A stretch of 64,000 bases of DNA from the NCBI GenBank assembly GCA_963726195.1, contig CAVSBO010000003.1, positions 64,001 through 128,000 on the forward strand, given 5' to 3'. Positions 62,126-64,000 of this stretch are shown here, in pieces; the first letter of the stretch is position 1, and each line of letters begins with the position of its first letter. The notes under the pieces were generated by a model that ran no database searches, was not told the origin of the DNA, and saw only the letters and a program-made list of their open reading frames with translations. This DNA comes from Candidatus Thorarchaeota archaeon. Its GTDB lineage: Archaea > Asgardarchaeota > Thorarchaeia > Thorarchaeales > Thorarchaeaceae. The position numbers and the translations under genes are program-made.

Positions 62126-63049
62126 ATGGTGTATCGAAATGATGTGGTCGAGAGGATGACGGGCGACGAACTCGTAGGCCTTGCTCGTGCGCTGAAGATT
62201 CCGCTCACTAGTCGGTCAATTCCGAGAACGTCGCTCTTGGAGAAGATATACACACGCCTTGAGGCCGCAGAGAAAGATCAGAAGAAGCCCACTCTTCAAT
62301 CACCAGCTATCAGGATGTGGCACGTTGAGAAGCGTTTCGGCAAGACACCTGCAGTCCACAACTTGTATCTCTCTGTTAATCCCGGGGAGATTGTTGGGCT
62401 TGTCGGTCCCAATGGCGCAGGAAAGACCACCACACTTAGAATGTTAACCGGAATCATAGCTCCATCAATGGGCATAGTTACCGTTAATGGATTTGATATG
62501 AAGAAGAAGCCCTTGCAGGCCAAGCAGAGGATTGGCTACATACCAGAGCGTCCAACCTGCTACCAGAGTCTTAGAGTGAATGAGTATCTCACCTTTGTTG
62601 CACGGATTTACGGGGTTCCCAAGTCCACGATGCACATCAGAATGAAAGAATACGTGGATTTATTCCAGCTGGGACCATTTCTTAAGAACTTCATTGGAAC
62701 GCTTTCGAAGGGCAACTTGCAGAGGACGCTGCTGGCAGGTATCTTCGTGCGAGAACCTCCTTTCATATTGGCTCTTGATGAACCAATCTATGGCTTGGAT
62801 CCACGTGGTGCATGGATTTTCAAGAGGCTCCTGGTGAAGCTAAGAAATGAAGGCTCGTGTGCAGTCATATCAACGCACACTCTGGAGGTTGCCCAAGGAC
62901 TGTGTGACAGGTTTGTCATAATGAACGACGGAAATGTTGTGGGTGATGGGACTCTGCAGGGTCTTCTGGCTTCGCACAAAACTGCACACACACTTGAGGA
63001 GGTGTTCCTTGAATTGACGGGGGGAATCCCCAAGGGACAGGGTGTGTAG
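62126..63049 (+). CDS. ABC transporter ATPase with an N-terminal Rho-N/HeH-like extension
   Basis: GPNGAGKT, LSKGN, LDEP, STH; ~50-aa N-terminal helical extension. Confidence 0.88.
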   Translation: MVYRNDVVERMTGDELVGLARALKIPLTSRSIPRTSLLEKIYTRLEAAEKDQKKPTLQSPAIRMWHVEKRFGKTPAVHNLYLSVNPGEIVGLVGPNGAGKTTTLRMLTGIIAPSMGIVTVNGFDMKKKPLQAKQRIGYIPERPTCYQSLRVNEYLTFVARIYGVPKSTMHIRMKEYVDLFQLGPFLKNFIGTLSKGNLQRTLLAGIFVREPPFILALDEPIYGLDPRGAWIFKRLLVKLRNEGSCAVISTHTLEVAQGLCDRFVIMNDGNVVGDGTLQGLLASHKTAHTLEEVFLELTGGIPKGQGV

Positions 63050-63050
63050 G

Positions 63051-64000
63051 TTGGTCGGAACTTCGATTGTCATGAGGGTCGAGTTGCGTCAACTGTTGAA
63101 CCATTTACGTATGACAATAAAGACGCCATCGCTTTTGGCTTTCTATGCCATAATGATCTTCGGCGCCTATTTTGCCATGAGCATTTTCGCTGCGCTGTAT
63201 AGCTTTGCAACCTTGTTAGGTGGGCTATCGGATGTTCTAAGAGATGTCGTTGGCGGAGACATCTTGTTTTCAGCTGCAGGCTTGCTCACTCTGTCGTCAG
63301 TGCTATCAGGCTACATAGGTGGCGGACCGTCGTCGTCTCTGGAGACTTCTGATGAATATGTGATTATGCCTGCGCCGATCAGACCGCATCAGTTGCTCCT
63401 CACTCGATACACTAGGCGCCTGTTAAGAAGGCTTTCTATTTCGGGAGTAGCTCTCTTCACGCTCGTACCAGTATTTGTGAGCGCTCCCTCTCTTTTCATG
63501 CCAGTCCTGCAATTGGTACTCTCGACACTTCTTTTCATCGAGTTCAATCATTTCGTAGCGGAAGTCACCTCACAGCTGAAGACCAGGCTAGATGCAAGAG
63601 TGCACAGCAGACTTAGACATGTCACACTCTTTGTGCTAGCCGGCTTGGTATTTCTGCCTACGCTTTCACAGGTCGTTGGCGATCCCGGAATCATACTGCT
63701 CCTGCCGTCCAATGCATTCTCCATCGTAATTCTGGCGAATCTAGGTGTTCACTACTCTGTGGTCATGGAAGAAGTGGGAACTGTGTTCCTTCTCATTGGC
63801 TATTCAATCGGCCTGCTCACGTTAGCCAGCCTCTGCGACCAGAGCCTCTACGAGTCATTCGCAGCTGGGAGTTCTACAAAGGAGTCGGGAAACCGCTTTG
63901 GGAGGATGGCCCACGGCAGCGTGGATTTCTCAGACTACAGATTCAGCGATCCAATGGTGTCCATTATGGTCAAAGACTTCTGGAGCCGCATGCGAACACC
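63051..64000 (+). CDS. Putative ABC exporter permease (runs off the window end)
   Basis: Reading frame open from TTG 63051 (ATG 63072) to the end of the window. Multiple TM segments; E..MPAPI.P motif. Confidence 0.7.
   Translation, partial: MVGTSIVMRVELRQLLNHLRMTIKTPSLLAFYAIMIFGAYFAMSIFAALYSFATLLGGLSDVLRDVVGGDILFSAAGLLTLSSVLSGYIGGGPSSSLETSDEYVIMPAPIRPHQLLLTRYTRRLLRRLSISGVALFTLVPVFVSAPSLFMPVLQLVLSTLLFIEFNHFVAEVTSQLKTRLDARVHSRLRHVTLFVLAGLVFLPTLSQVVGDPGIILLLPSNAFSIVILANLGVHYSVVMEEVGTVFLLIGYSIGLLTLASLCDQSLYESFAAGSSTKESGNRFGRMAHGSVDFSDYRFSDPMVSIMVKDFWSRMRT

Noticed and set aside
1-64000. tRNA, rRNA, CRISPR arrays, transposases, integrases
   Set aside because: None recognised by eye. A tRNAscan-SE/Infernal run would be needed to exclude small RNAs.

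Overview
Gene-dense archaeal window, most likely from an Asgard archaeon (Thorarchaeia-like). This is inferred from a Rab-like GTPase, longin-like proteins, Asgard-type Zn-ribbon proteins and a selenoprotein with a eukaryote-type SECIS. Left end (minus strand): a duplicated three-gene cassette (small Zn-ribbon, longin-like protein, ~15-TM membrane protein that looks like 7TM+1+7TM), with a Rab-like GTPase translationally coupled to one copy. It is followed by five paralogous multi-Zn-finger 2-TM proteins, a DrrAB-like ABC exporter, a stand-alone nurA-herA pair, an MFS transporter, a catalytically degenerate glycogen-debranching homologue, a large surface glycoprotein, a PEP-utilising (RPH-like) phosphotransferase and an aldehyde:ferredoxin oxidoreductase. 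The hdrCBAA-mvhD-(wHTH)-mvhGA operon ends in a 50-aa selenoprotein (VhuU, UGA at 45224-45226) that the ORF track missed. A SECIS-like hairpin overlaps its stop codon, and a degenerate second copy lies 1090 bp downstream, so the two copies flank a nucleotidyltransferase module. The right part carries tandem SSBs, CorA, GNAT, orphan EutA, DMT, a serine/threonine dehydratase, flavodoxin, CDGSH, HD, DinB and an ABC pair. About 15 frameshifts break otherwise intact genes. Fourteen of them sit on AGCT or GAGAAC/GTTCTC strings, which suggests methylation-induced long-read errors rather than real pseudogenes. No rRNA, tRNA, CRISPR array or transposase was recognised.
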